A stretch of 63,606 nt of DNA from Candidatus Zixiibacteriota bacterium. Its GTDB lineage: Bacteria; Zixibacteria; MSB-5A5; GN15; FEB-12. Of the stretch, positions 1-9,579 are shown piece by piece; positions within the stretch are counted from its first letter, which is position 1, and each line of letters opens with the position of its first letter. Both the position numbers and the translations under genes were made by a program. The notes under the pieces were generated by a model. It was not told where the DNA came from. It made no database searches and worked only from the letters and a program-made list of their open reading frames with translations. The stretch spans positions 1 through 63,606 of the forward strand of contig JAGGTI010000030.1 in the NCBI GenBank assembly GCA_021163775.1, given 5' to 3'.

Positions 1-323
1 GCCATGTTTACCTCGGACGAAATGAACACATTAAAAAGGTCACGATCTTCGTGAGTCTGGCCATAAATTTCAATTTTTACACGAGGTGTTATGCCATCGA
101 GAGCTTCCAGATACTTCACCAGTTCCGAATAGCGCAATGGCCACTGACCAATCGGGTCATCAAGCAGGTCGTTTGGATGTGGTACATTTGGATTGTACGT
201 TCCATCGGCGTAAAACGGCACCGTGTCTACAATTGCCTTTGACGAATACGATGGGTCAAGTCCGGCGACAACCGAACCAGCTAACAGTACAAATAGCGAT
301 AAAGAGATTAACAAGCGTGTCAT
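1..323 (-). CDS. Secreted M14-family zinc carboxypeptidase, N-terminal part (runs off the left edge; not in ORF track)
   Basis: ATG at 323 with GGAG RBS. Manual translation MTRLLISLSLFVLLAGSVVA...YNPNVPHPNDLLDDPIGQWPLRYSELVKYLEALDGITPRVKIEIYGQTHEDRDLFNVFISSEVNM shows a signal peptide and resembles the N-terminus of bacterial M14 peptidases (YGxTxExRxL...ISS). Catalytic motifs lie outside the window. Confidence 0.7.
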   Translation of the reverse strand, partial: MTRLLISLSLFVLLAGSVVAGLDPSYSSKAIVDTVPFYADGTYNPNVPHPNDLLDDPIGQWPLRYSELVKYLEALDGITPRVKIEIYGQTHEDRDLFNVFISSEVNM

Positions 324-412
324 GTGAGACTCCTATCACACAGGTTGATGGGTCATGACAATAAAGCGGGAGCAGAGCCGAGAGTAAAGTGGTAATTCGG
401 GCGACTGAGTGA

Positions 413-1504
413 TCATATTTCGGTCTTGGCGAGCTTCCCGTTGTTCTCATTTTCATCGGGGTGGAGCCGCATTTCAAATACGCGTAACAGGATTGTGAAC
501 GCGGCCGCAATCATCGGCCCGACCACAATACCCAACAAACCAAACATGGAGATTCCACCTAGAATAGTGAAGAAGAGCAACAACGGATGAAGGCTGGTTT
601 TCCCGGATATCAACAGCGGCCGCACCACGTTATCCACCTGGCTAATTATTATCATGCCGATAGCAATGATTACAAGCCCCTTGATCATCGAACCACTAAC
701 CATCATAATTATACCAGCCGGAACGTAGACAATGAATGCTCCCACCAGTGGAATCAGCGCCAGGAATGCCATCACCGCCCCCCAGAATACCGATGAAGGA
801 ATGCCCATCACCGCGAACAAAATACCGCCCAGCACACCCTGGAGCAGGGCAATAACCAATCCGCCATACATAGTAGCCTGGACAACATCGCGAAGCTCGC
901 TGAATGTGGTTTCAATCTGCGAATTATTCAGTGGTAGCAGGCGACGGATTTTCGCTATAATCTTCTCACCATCACGGAAAAAATAGAACATGGCGAAAAT
1001 CATCAGACCGAAATAGAACACAGCTTTGGTGCCGTTGGCGACCAGCCAGGTGGTCTGATTGAGTACCACGCCGCTGACTTTATTAATTGCATCCCTGGCT
1101 ATCTCATCGAACTTTATCTGCGAGATATCATAGTACTGCGACAGCTTTTCCTTGCCCGCCTGCCACATAGGAATATCAATATTGAGCCATTGGTTCAACT
1201 CGCCACTGTTGTAGAGTTCGTTGACCTTGGTCACCGCGCCCGCCGCCTGGTAGACTACCGCTACAAACAGATAAGTGATAGGTCCGATTATCAGCACGAC
1301 AATCAACACACACATCGTCACCGCGGTCAATCCTTTGCGCTTTATCCGAGCAAGCAGTTTCTCATATAGCGGGTAGAAGATAATCACAAAAACTGCCGCC
1401 CAAGTGATCGGGGCGAAAAACGGTACAATAATTTGATAGAAAAGAGTCAGGATTGCGGCCGCGATCAGAAAAAAAAGTGAGATTAAAAAGTATTCGCGTT
1501 TCAT
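413..1504 (-). CDS. AI-2E family (PerM/TqsA-like) transporter
   Basis: 363 aa with multiple TM helices; motifs FYFFRDG, IPLVG, DNVVRP, FGLLGIVVGP typical of AI-2E proteins. Confidence 0.9.
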   Translation of the reverse strand: MKREYFLISLFFLIAAAILTLFYQIIVPFFAPITWAAVFVIIFYPLYEKLLARIKRKGLTAVTMCVLIVVLIIGPITYLFVAVVYQAAGAVTKVNELYNSGELNQWLNIDIPMWQAGKEKLSQYYDISQIKFDEIARDAINKVSGVVLNQTTWLVANGTKAVFYFGLMIFAMFYFFRDGEKIIAKIRRLLPLNNSQIETTFSELRDVVQATMYGGLVIALLQGVLGGILFAVMGIPSSVFWGAVMAFLALIPLVGAFIVYVPAGIIMMVSGSMIKGLVIIAIGMIIISQVDNVVRPLLISGKTSLHPLLLFFTILGGISMFGLLGIVVGPMIAAAFTILLRVFEMRLHPDENENNGKLAKTEI

Positions 1505-1907
1505 AGTATTTATAGTTTATAAAACCTGTTCCAGGCTACAAAGCCATTCGCTTTGAAGCAACTATATTTACTGACCCAATTAACCTATTAGGACACCACA
1601 AATCCATCGTGTAGCGTAAGCTATTGTCTTACCACAGGATAGGTTGTTCTGGTGATACCTGGAAGGGATATGCAGATTCCAGCCTTGAAAACGGTGTCTC
1701 AGCTTTCAACGAAAATCGGGATAGAAAATGGTAACTCCTGTCAATCAACAACCGATGAGGTTCAACCCTGAATGTCCAAAATGTTAATCGATTGGTATTA
1801 AGTATCTTAGGTAAATGACGATCTAATTATCAAGCCTATTAGTAAAAGCCGGCGAGTGCTAAGCCATGGTCTTGCCGGCATGGTAATACTCAAACAAGGA
1901 GTACATA

Positions 1908-2318
1908 ATGGCTACAAGAAAACCTAAGAGCAGAGTTCGTCGCGCGGTAACTCGTCGTCCTGCCATTCGTCGCACACGCCGTGCGTCAAATGGTGGCAAC
2001 GTCTGGACCCGCCAAGAGATCAGCTTCATGCGGAAGCACTACCGTAAGTTCCCGACGGAATGGATTGCCCGTCAGTTGGGTCGTACGGTTTATTCCGTTC
2101 GCTACAAAGCCTCTGATCTCAGTATCAAAAAGGCTCGTCCGTCAGTCTGGAGAGAGAATTCCACTACGACTCGTCGGAAGACCACCCGCAAAGCGGCTCC
2201 GCGCAAAAGAGTGGCTCGCACCACTAAGACGCGTCGGCCCGCTCGTCGCGCCACTGCGACACGTCGCAAAATGACCCGCCGCGCCAAACCGCGTCGGACC
2301 ATGAAGCGTAGTCGCTAG
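1908..2318 (+). CDS. Arg/Lys-rich basic protein with central Myb/SANT-like HTH (putative nucleoid protein)
   Basis: AAGGAG RBS; core WTRQEISFMRKHY...IARQLGRTVYSVRYKA flanked by protamine-like R/K/T/A tails; followed by its own terminator. Confidence 0.75.
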   Translation: MATRKPKSRVRRAVTRRPAIRRTRRASNGGNVWTRQEISFMRKHYRKFPTEWIARQLGRTVYSVRYKASDLSIKKARPSVWRENSTTTRRKTTRKAAPRKRVARTTKTRRPARRATATRRKMTRRAKPRRTMKRSR

Positions 2319-2363
2319 TTGATTTTATCAACTACTAGCCCATTGGATTTGGGCGATAGAAAT

Positions 2364-2397
2364 AGAAACCCGCTCTCGTAAGAGAGCGGGTTTTCTG
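2364..2397. terminator. Bidirectional intrinsic terminator
   Basis: AAACCCGCTCTC-GTAA-GAGAGCGGGTTT hairpin with T-rich 3' flank, between convergent genes. Confidence 0.85.
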
Positions 2398-2427
2398 TTT
2401 GGTTGGGAGGAATTGCAACAATGTTAC

Positions 2428-3303
2428 TCAGAAGCAATCGTCCAACCCCAACGATGAACCCGTGATAAACAGGTAATCCTGCAAGATTGCTATATCGCCC
2501 ATCGTGATGTCATCACAAGTTGGATCAGCACCGCCCGACAGGTTGATATCCGCCTCAGCTAAACAGGCGATGATACCATCGCAGTAACCCGAAATAAACT
2601 TGGCGTCGATCATGACTGTCAAATCGCCGATAGTCGGCTCGTCGCCGTTCAAGCCGTCGGCATCCCCGACCCGCTGGACACAGCATGTTTGAGAGGGTGT
2701 GTCGTAGACCACTTTTGGCCCGGTCCACATCGGCTTGTGTTCACTATAGTCCCCCAGTGCGCCAGCCCCACGACCACTGCTGAGAACAAGGATTGTTCCG
2801 GCACTATAAGTCATGGTATCAAAGACAATCGTGTCATTGGCGCTCCATTCGTCAACGGTGAAGTAGTAGCTAACCAAAAGATTTCGCTCAGCCTGCGGAG
2901 CCAGGTATGGCCAGGTCATACTCAAACCTACGAATGGAAACCTCCTATAGTGGTTGGTAGTGTCCAGCGTGTTCTTGTCATAGCAGAAGGTAGCGAAATT
3001 GAAGGCGCTACTCGCCAGTGGTGACAGCACGGCGCTATCCATTCGCAGGTGGGGGTTATCCCAAGCATATCCCCCAGCCATAGCGATAAGGTTATTGCCG
3101 TCGTTGAAGAGATACAGGTCCAATTGGACGTTAAACAGCCCAGACCCGGCATCGGGCGCGACCGAAATGACCATATCCATAGTATCCGCAGCAAGGTTGT
3201 CGCCAGCATCCTGCACAAATTCGGCCTGTGCACCGGCATGCGGCACAACCAGAATCGACAGTAGCAGTAATAACATAGTCTTATTCATATCTGATTTCCT
3301 CAT
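2428..3303 (-). CDS. Secreted protein: cohesin-like beta-sandwich plus C-terminal dockerin-like domain
   Basis: Signal peptide (MNKTMLLLLLSILVVPHAGA; start may be 3288). C-terminus has a duplicated Ca-loop/helix: CCVQRVGDADG...TIGDLTVMID and EADINLSG...TMGDIAILQDYLF. The cohesin assignment is by pattern only. Confidence 0.7.
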   Translation of the reverse strand: MRKSDMNKTMLLLLLSILVVPHAGAQAEFVQDAGDNLAADTMDMVISVAPDAGSGLFNVQLDLYLFNDGNNLIAMAGGYAWDNPHLRMDSAVLSPLASSAFNFATFCYDKNTLDTTNHYRRFPFVGLSMTWPYLAPQAERNLLVSYYFTVDEWSANDTIVFDTMTYSAGTILVLSSGRGAGALGDYSEHKPMWTGPKVVYDTPSQTCCVQRVGDADGLNGDEPTIGDLTVMIDAKFISGYCDGIIACLAEADINLSGGADPTCDDITMGDIAILQDYLFITGSSLGLDDCF

Positions 3304-3347
3304 ATCATATTAGGTCTTTATCTCTCATGACAATTACTGGCACATGA

Positions 3348-6218
3348 TTAGGGTACACAGGGGCAGTCTACCAAAGGTGTTGTCGGATTGATAAACAAAT
3401 GTTCAATCAGTAGGGTGACGTCACCTATGCTTATTTTTTCTCCGGCCGAATTGAGAAGACCGTTCGCATTCGCTTCCTCGACGCACGCTGGAAGGGGTGT
3501 CTGGTATATGAACAGATGATCAATTAACACAGCAACATCTCCAATGGTCGGTGTGTCGCCGCCGAGACCGTTGGCATTACCCCGCTTGCCTACACAGCAA
3601 GCTATGCCGTGCTCGTAATAGACGTCCTGCATTCCTGATGGCCGCCCGCTGTTGGGCGCATTTAGCCAGGCTTCTTGAAACTCGTTTATGTCGTCCGCCA
3701 GATATCCGTCATCGGCATTCTTGGTTAACAGTACATTGAGAATCGTAGCAATATCAAACTGCACAGAATCCAGCACGTCATCGGTGTTTGTCCACGGCCA
3801 GTTGTCGGCAGTCTGGTAGCAGGCGCTGTAGTTGTCGTCCTGCGAGTCATAAAGATCCCAAAGAATCCCGGCCACTCTGCACTCCGTGCTGTCAAGATGA
3901 TTTGCAGAACCGTATGTTGTATCCGGCCATCCCGTTCTATGTAGGCCCCACTCACCATTTTCTACATTATACCACCAACCATCGGCAAAATCAAAGTATC
4001 GGTTTTGTAACTCATTGTTCCCTCGCATGAAGCAGGAGACAAAATGGGCAAATCCTTCGTGAGCCGCAAGAACAGGCGAAACAGTCTGGTTCCAGCGATG
4101 ATCAGCGCCACTCACGGTCGTATCGAGAATATCGAACTCATACTCCAGATGGTGACCGTACTCATGGAGGATTATATCCCGATCATACGTGTCAGGATAG
4201 GAGCTGTCCGGTAGATCGCGTATGTCGAGCACTATTGCGCTACTACTGGGACTATAACCAGTGCCATATTGGGCAGCATGTTCTACATTCACCTGATTGG
4301 GGGTTGGCAAGCCCAAATCAGTCCAGAACTTGTACCCGTCGAGCACTACATCGGAGGAATAAAAAGGCCCACTGTTTAATGGATTCTTGGGGACCACCAG
4401 CGTGGTGTCGTAAACACCACCGGGCAGGTCTTCGCCAACATTCGATTCCCAATACGATTCCTGGTTCACCACCTTAGATTCGGCCGCGGCGTTCTCAGAG
4501 TGAATTCGGAAGAAAATATCACGAAGGCCTGTTACGTCCGGTGGATCGTCAGAATTGTCCACCGATGGGAAGCTGAAATACCCGTAGGCATCTGTTGTGG
4601 TCGTGGCAACCAACTCGGGGTTGTCCGGATCGTCGGATTCATAGTCTAACATTTCGATTACCGCGTTGCGAATCGGTAGAGTGGAATCGGCCTCGGGATT
4701 CATGTCCCAGTAACGAGCGTACCCGCTGAACTCGATTGTGGGACTCACAATAGTAAAGCAGTGTGGTCCGTACCAATAGGGACGGTGCTTCATATCGATA
4801 ATATCAATCCATTCCCACTTTCCACTTAGTCCAAAAAAAGAAGAGTCGAGACAGATGGTACGTCCGGCATACATCTCGTCGATCGGCCCAATGGTTATGG
4901 TGTAAGATATCTCATCAAAGTACTCCGGCATTTGCGTATCGACCCCACCCCACCCGGAGAAGCCAACAGTATCAGAGCCGGAACCTGTGGCGCTACCATA
5001 ATTGATGAAAAACCAGTCAAACATATGGGGCGGACCGCCAAAGTCGCCCTCCCATCCAAGACTGATAGTGTCCCCTGCAATCGAACCCCACTCGGCCCCG
5101 TCAGGCGAGTAAATACGGAAACCGTTGACGATATGTCGCATATGGAAGAAGTGGTTATATATCCGCAAATAGAACGTAATTGGCTGACCGGTAGATATCT
5201 CGCCGGGGGATAATTCCCCGTCAACATGGTGCAACGTTATACCCTCAGGCCAGGCTTGGGGAGAACTATCTTCACCTCGAGTGTCGCCACCCGACTCCTT
5301 CATCTTTCTATCCGACTGTGGCTCGGTCTCTCCGCTGTCATCCGGGTTGATCGGTTGCTGGTGCGGCTGTTGGTTCCGCCCAGGATTTCGGGAGGCCGTG
5401 TATCGAAAGAAGTACACCTTCCGCTCGACAAGCGCCAATCCGGTTTCCTTGTTGATCCGGGCACGAAAGTAGCCGGGTAGATTGGTCGCGGTCATTTCGG
5501 TTATCAATCCCCGCACCGCGCTCTCGACATCGGGGTCTCTCAAGTCAATTACCACCTCGAATGGTTTCTTTGCCGGAACGGTTTCAAGAAAGCTCGTCGT
5601 CGCACCCATGTAATCCTCATAGGTGGTCGTCAAATCCGAAGACTCCAGGCCGGTATGCTCATCATATTGGATACAATCCTGTCCGTCTATTCTGATAAAC
5701 TGCTCTTTAGTAGCCACTACCGGCTTCTGTCCCGGCGATCTCCGGATGACTCGCTGTGGCCTGGCCGGCTCAGGAACGGACGTAGGAACATAATCGAGCA
5801 CTGCTATCGAGTCACCAGTGGTAATGAACGTCTTGGTAAGCCCTTGTTGCCCTCGTCCCCGGCACCCCAGCCAGATCTTGATCGCCGAAGTATCGTTGGG
5901 CGGAACTATTACCGATAAAGTGGTCGAATACTCTCCGGTCTCGGCCAGCGAGACCCAGAACTCTGCAGGACCGTCGTAGACCAGATCCTTCCATGCACCA
6001 ATCTGCACCAGGACCGAGTCGCACTCGTCTACTTGTGGTTTCAACTTGAAAGTAAGTACCAGTTCTATCGGCCCACTCTTGTCGGGCAATGAGTTAGGCT
6101 CCAAAGTATAGTCAAAGTACTGCGGTGTTGTGGGCATGGTTGCAACCAACGGCTGTGCCATCAGCGTGACCAGCCCGGCGGCCACAGCGACCGCAATGAC
6201 ACGGGGATGAATTCTCAT
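3348..6218 (-). CDS. Large secreted multidomain zinc metalloprotease-like protein with C-terminal dockerin-like domain
   Basis: GGAGG RBS and signal peptide. ILHEYGHH (HExxH) plus downstream HEGFAHF third-ligand motif (gluzincin-like). C-terminus CCVGKRGNANG...TIGDVAVLIDHLF / ANANG...SIGDVTLLIEHLF. Confidence 0.75.
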   Translation of the reverse strand: MRIHPRVIAVAVAAGLVTLMAQPLVATMPTTPQYFDYTLEPNSLPDKSGPIELVLTFKLKPQVDECDSVLVQIGAWKDLVYDGPAEFWVSLAETGEYSTTLSVIVPPNDTSAIKIWLGCRGRGQQGLTKTFITTGDSIAVLDYVPTSVPEPARPQRVIRRSPGQKPVVATKEQFIRIDGQDCIQYDEHTGLESSDLTTTYEDYMGATTSFLETVPAKKPFEVVIDLRDPDVESAVRGLITEMTATNLPGYFRARINKETGLALVERKVYFFRYTASRNPGRNQQPHQQPINPDDSGETEPQSDRKMKESGGDTRGEDSSPQAWPEGITLHHVDGELSPGEISTGQPITFYLRIYNHFFHMRHIVNGFRIYSPDGAEWGSIAGDTISLGWEGDFGGPPHMFDWFFINYGSATGSGSDTVGFSGWGGVDTQMPEYFDEISYTITIGPIDEMYAGRTICLDSSFFGLSGKWEWIDIIDMKHRPYWYGPHCFTIVSPTIEFSGYARYWDMNPEADSTLPIRNAVIEMLDYESDDPDNPELVATTTTDAYGYFSFPSVDNSDDPPDVTGLRDIFFRIHSENAAAESKVVNQESYWESNVGEDLPGGVYDTTLVVPKNPLNSGPFYSSDVVLDGYKFWTDLGLPTPNQVNVEHAAQYGTGYSPSSSAIVLDIRDLPDSSYPDTYDRDIILHEYGHHLEYEFDILDTTVSGADHRWNQTVSPVLAAHEGFAHFVSCFMRGNNELQNRYFDFADGWWYNVENGEWGLHRTGWPDTTYGSANHLDSTECRVAGILWDLYDSQDDNYSACYQTADNWPWTNTDDVLDSVQFDIATILNVLLTKNADDGYLADDINEFQEAWLNAPNSGRPSGMQDVYYEHGIACCVGKRGNANGLGGDTPTIGDVAVLIDHLFIYQTPLPACVEEANANGLLNSAGEKISIGDVTLLIEHLFINPTTPLVDCPCVP

Positions 6219-6447
6219 ATACTACCCTCCTATTGTATTATACAATTGACGTTCAGGGCCGCCGAAATGTCAAACGGCGTCCACGTATACTAGTTCTCTT
6301 GCAATCGTTACCGAGCACACCTCCCTTTGCACAGAATCACGAAGTCATAAACTGTCTGACCGTAAGAAAGATATGCAGTTACACGCTCGGCGTCAAGCAA
6401 AAACGCATTGTTCCGAGTGCGAAAGGTAGAGCTACTGCAATGCGCGT

Positions 6448-7680
6448 TTAGTTTTGATCGGACGTCGTATCCGCCGGCGGCATCGTATCAAACAGACTAT
6501 CGACCGGAATTCGTTCAAAGAACAACGTATCTTCGATACCGTCATAGTAAAATAACCCCTCTTCGGTCTCGAACAGATCAATCGGTTGGATCAGTACGGT
6601 CATATTCTCACCTTCACGCTGAATCGCCAGCGTTGCCCCGCCCTGATCGTACCCTTCAAGGATATACTCGATCATCTGTTTATGCGTACGCAGACGCTTG
6701 CCATCAACCGAGCGAATCTGATCACCCTCTCGTAAACCGCAAGCATAGGCTAAACGATACATATCAATCTGACTCACCGTCAGGCGATTGTTGTCACCAA
6801 CTGTAATGGAGAAACCAAACTCGCCTTTCAATGGTAAACCTTCGATATACACTCGCCGACGGTTCTCAATTTGGCCCGATGGTCGTGATGGTGGACGGGT
6901 AATCGCCACCAGTCGTGAATTGTACGGCTCGTCGATGATCCACTGCGCCAAAGGACGTTCAGCGGACAGAATCCATTCCGGCAGGAGATACTGTTCGAAT
7001 ATCTGTCGACCGGGTGTTTTGTCTTTCCAGAACGCCGACTGATAAGCGACCAGGGTCGAATCCATACCGATAATATGCTGAGCAGTTACCAGCGCCAATA
7101 GCATGGCCAGGTTGTCACGACGGTAAACTCCCAAACGCATAAGCGGATGACTTGCCATAGCTTTGTAAAATGGATCATCGGCTCGCTCGGCCTGAGAGAG
7201 CATCCTATGAGCTAATTGATAAATCAGATTGAGTTGCATCACCGCGCCTTCGGGAGCCGCCATCGCAAGCACTCCCTGACGTTTGCCGCCCATTGGAATC
7301 ACCAGCGGGTCGGAACCACCAAACGACGGGTAATATCTCAAGGCATAGATGTCAAATCGATCCTCTACCCAGTCAAGACCAGACAGTTTAGCTAACAGAA
7401 AAAGACTACTGTCGCCTTTAACCTGCCAGAATTCTGTAAGGGCGGAGTCGTGGTGCTTTAACCAGCGCATATCGCCCCGTACCGAATTTGTTTGATAGAA
7501 ATCGGGGTAGAGACTGGCCTGAAATGCAACCGCCCGATCGTTAATTCTGACATCGGGAACCGGTAGATTGTACTCGACTACAGCATCACTCTGGCGGGTG
7601 CTGTCTTCATAAAAGGACTGGCCCCAGACTGATCCAGTACCGATCAGGAATAACGCAAAGATAGTAAATAATCGTTTCAT
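6448..7680 (-). CDS. Secreted PDZ domain-containing protein
   Basis: Likely start MKRLFTIFALFLIG (signal peptide); C-terminal PDZ signature FGFSI...AYACGLREGDQIRSVDG. The ORF-track extension to 7926 reads through repeats. Confidence 0.75.
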   Translation of the reverse strand: MKRLFTIFALFLIGTGSVWGQSFYEDSTRQSDAVVEYNLPVPDVRINDRAVAFQASLYPDFYQTNSVRGDMRWLKHHDSALTEFWQVKGDSSLFLLAKLSGLDWVEDRFDIYALRYYPSFGGSDPLVIPMGGKRQGVLAMAAPEGAVMQLNLIYQLAHRMLSQAERADDPFYKAMASHPLMRLGVYRRDNLAMLLALVTAQHIIGMDSTLVAYQSAFWKDKTPGRQIFEQYLLPEWILSAERPLAQWIIDEPYNSRLVAITRPPSRPSGQIENRRRVYIEGLPLKGEFGFSITVGDNNRLTVSQIDMYRLAYACGLREGDQIRSVDGKRLRTHKQMIEYILEGYDQGGATLAIQREGENMTVLIQPIDLFETEEGLFYYDGIEDTLFFERIPVDSLFDTMPPADTTSDQN

Positions 7681-7770
7681 CAGGGTGGAATAAACGAGAG
7701 TTATGGTGTCGTAGCAAGGCAAAAACGAGATGGTTGTTGGCCAAGCACAAACCAAGTCACCATGAGCTAC

Positions 7771-7926
7771 GCCTGCCCTAAGCTTGCCGAAGGGTCGAAG
7801 GGTTCTTTTACCCGTTATACGCCAGACTTCGACAGGCTTAGTATAACGTAACAGCAGATGTGGACATCTGCCGGGCACTCTTAGTAGACATCTGTCGGAC
7901 ACTCTCAATAGACATCTACCGGGCAC
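7771..7926. repeat. REP-like mosaic including 3 x 24-bp tandem units
   Basis: Reverse-strand CCCTTCGGCAAGCTTAGGGCAGGC (7771-7794); CTTCGACAGGCTTAG near 7827; GCAGATG-TGGA-CATCTGC hairpin; GACATCT... units starting at 7863, 7887 and 7911. Confidence 0.85.
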
Positions 7927-7957
7927 AAGATAATCTGGTACTCCTGCGCTTGCGTTC

Positions 7958-8866
7958 CTAAGCTACGGGATCGGCCGGCGTCACAGCCTCAACCACCGAC
8001 TGCGGCTCAACCAATCCAAAATAGAACTGTACATACATAGCGTTGAAAAACGTTCCAGTGTAACCACCGAGGACAATCGCTACCGGCAGGCCAATAAACA
8101 ACGCCAGTATCAGAATGCCTATCAGGCTACCAGTCATAGCATAAATCAGCAAGTTTATCGGCAGATACAGAATCAATGCCGCCATGAAAATTACGATCGC
8201 AAACGCAATTCCCAGTCCGATCAAGACCAGAGTCATCAGAAAACAGTTCCCGAGGTTGTTCTTGACTAAACCCCATCCTTCGGCAACAGCATCGCCGATT
8301 TGGTTATCCCGCGCCACCATAGCCACTTCGGCTAGTCCAAAAGTGTGATAGGCAAAGAAAAAGAATATCAATCCAGCTGGTATGGTAAGTAGCAGGCTCA
8401 GCGGGGTTAACGCAATGGCGAGGATTACTATCATCACCACTGCCGCGATCCCGACAAATATCTCTATCAGCGTGATGCCGAAAAACCGCCAAAAGAAATC
8501 GGTGCCGCGCGAAAATGACGAGGCAAACGTGTATTGTCCCCCTCGAGTGATACGGTTGACACCATCGATGATAGCCGGTTGGGCAATAAGATAGCAGATG
8601 AAAAACAACAGTGCGAGTGCCGCCAACCAGACCACTAACCCGCCCAGCATGGCTAACTTGGGGGGTATCAGGTCGTACGACCAGTCCATGTAGTCAAACA
8701 GGTCATGCATGATAGACATGTCGGCCGGTTCTCGGTCGATCTTGTCCAGCCAGTCAAAATTGAAACCTTCTACGCCACCGGCAAAAAGTCCGAATATCCA
8801 GAGAGTTTTGTGTCGCCAGACGACCTTAAACGAATTTTGAATTAAGCTACCGAAATCCACGTTCAT
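7958..8866 (-). CDS. Integral membrane protein of unknown function
   Basis: 302 aa with about 6 TM segments; begins MNVDFGSLIQNSFKVVWRHKTLWIFG; GGAG RBS. Confidence 0.8.
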   Translation of the reverse strand: MNVDFGSLIQNSFKVVWRHKTLWIFGLFAGGVEGFNFDWLDKIDREPADMSIMHDLFDYMDWSYDLIPPKLAMLGGLVVWLAALALLFFICYLIAQPAIIDGVNRITRGGQYTFASSFSRGTDFFWRFFGITLIEIFVGIAAVVMIVILAIALTPLSLLLTIPAGLIFFFFAYHTFGLAEVAMVARDNQIGDAVAEGWGLVKNNLGNCFLMTLVLIGLGIAFAIVIFMAALILYLPINLLIYAMTGSLIGILILALFIGLPVAIVLGGYTGTFFNAMYVQFYFGLVEPQSVVEAVTPADPVA

Positions 8867-8945
8867 ATCGGTCTCCGTATTAGAGTATCACCTAATATGC
8901 CGGATTGATCACAACCACAGCAACAAACAAATCGATCGATAAATC

Positions 8946-9020
8946 CAGCAGATATGGACATCTGCCGGGCACTCTTAGTAGACATCTGTCGGACACGTTT
9001 AATAGACATCTGTCGGGCAC
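8946..9020. repeat. Second copy of the hairpin plus 24-bp tandem repeat
   Basis: 8946-8996 matches 7852-7902 at 50 of 51 bp; units start at 8957, 8981 and 9005. Confidence 0.9.
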
Positions 9021-9113
9021 GTTACGCGATTACTCCGGGTCGGGGCACTTCCGTGTGCCCGTAACCGATGTTAGAGCTTGCGGCATCCATCCGCACATAT
9101 TACTTGTTACGTT

Positions 9114-9476
9114 ATGAATCTATTCAAAGTTTGCTTCATAATATCAACCGCACTACTTTTGACCGCCTGCGGCGGCGACCAACCGGATCCAGAGACAGCA
9201 AAAACAGCTCCAGACGGGTTTTCCGACAGCTTAGTAATCGAACTGGCAGGAGCCGATTCCGTTACGGTTCTTGATTTAGTTCGCGAATCTCACCAGGTGG
9301 CCTACCGCACCACACTGAGCGGAGCATTTGTGACCGCGATTGACTCGGTTGAAAACGGTGGCGGTTATTTCTGGGTTTACACGGTCAATGACATTCAGGT
9401 ATCGTTGGCTTGCAATGACTGTTTTACATCCGATGACGACCGCGTGAAATGGCATTTCCGAAAGTTTGGAGAATAA
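9114..9476 (+). CDS. Lipoprotein with DUF4430 (transcobalamin-like C-terminal) domain
   Basis: Lipobox LLLTA-C; GAFVTAIDSVEN...FWVYTVND...DRVKWHF resembles DUF4430. Confidence 0.7.
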   Translation: MNLFKVCFIISTALLLTACGGDQPDPETAKTAPDGFSDSLVIELAGADSVTVLDLVRESHQVAYRTTLSGAFVTAIDSVENGGGYFWVYTVNDIQVSLACNDCFTSDDDRVKWHFRKFGE

Positions 9477-9493
9477 CAAACCGGTTGATCTAC

Positions 9494-9573
9494 CGTAGGT
9501 CTGGTTGCTTGCAACCTGACAGATGGTTTCGACATTGATGATATATTGTGGGCGGCAGATGTTCCATCTGCCG
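9494..9573. repeat. REP-like palindromes
   Basis: CGTAGGTCTGGTTGCTTGCAACCTGAC (GTAG-headed; recurs near 21296, 57467, 59449) and CGGCAGATG-TTC-CATCTGCCG. Confidence 0.75.
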
Positions 9574-9579
9574 ATCCGA

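Noticed and set aside
7681-7926. N-terminal extension of the PDZ protein given by the ORF track
   Set aside because: It translates the repeat block (RCLLRV repeats); a signal peptide begins at Met 7680.
7863-9020. CRISPR array from the 24-bp periodic repeats
   Set aside because: Variable parts are only about 6-8 bp, there are three units per locus, and no cas genes are present; it is a tandem REP-derived repeat.
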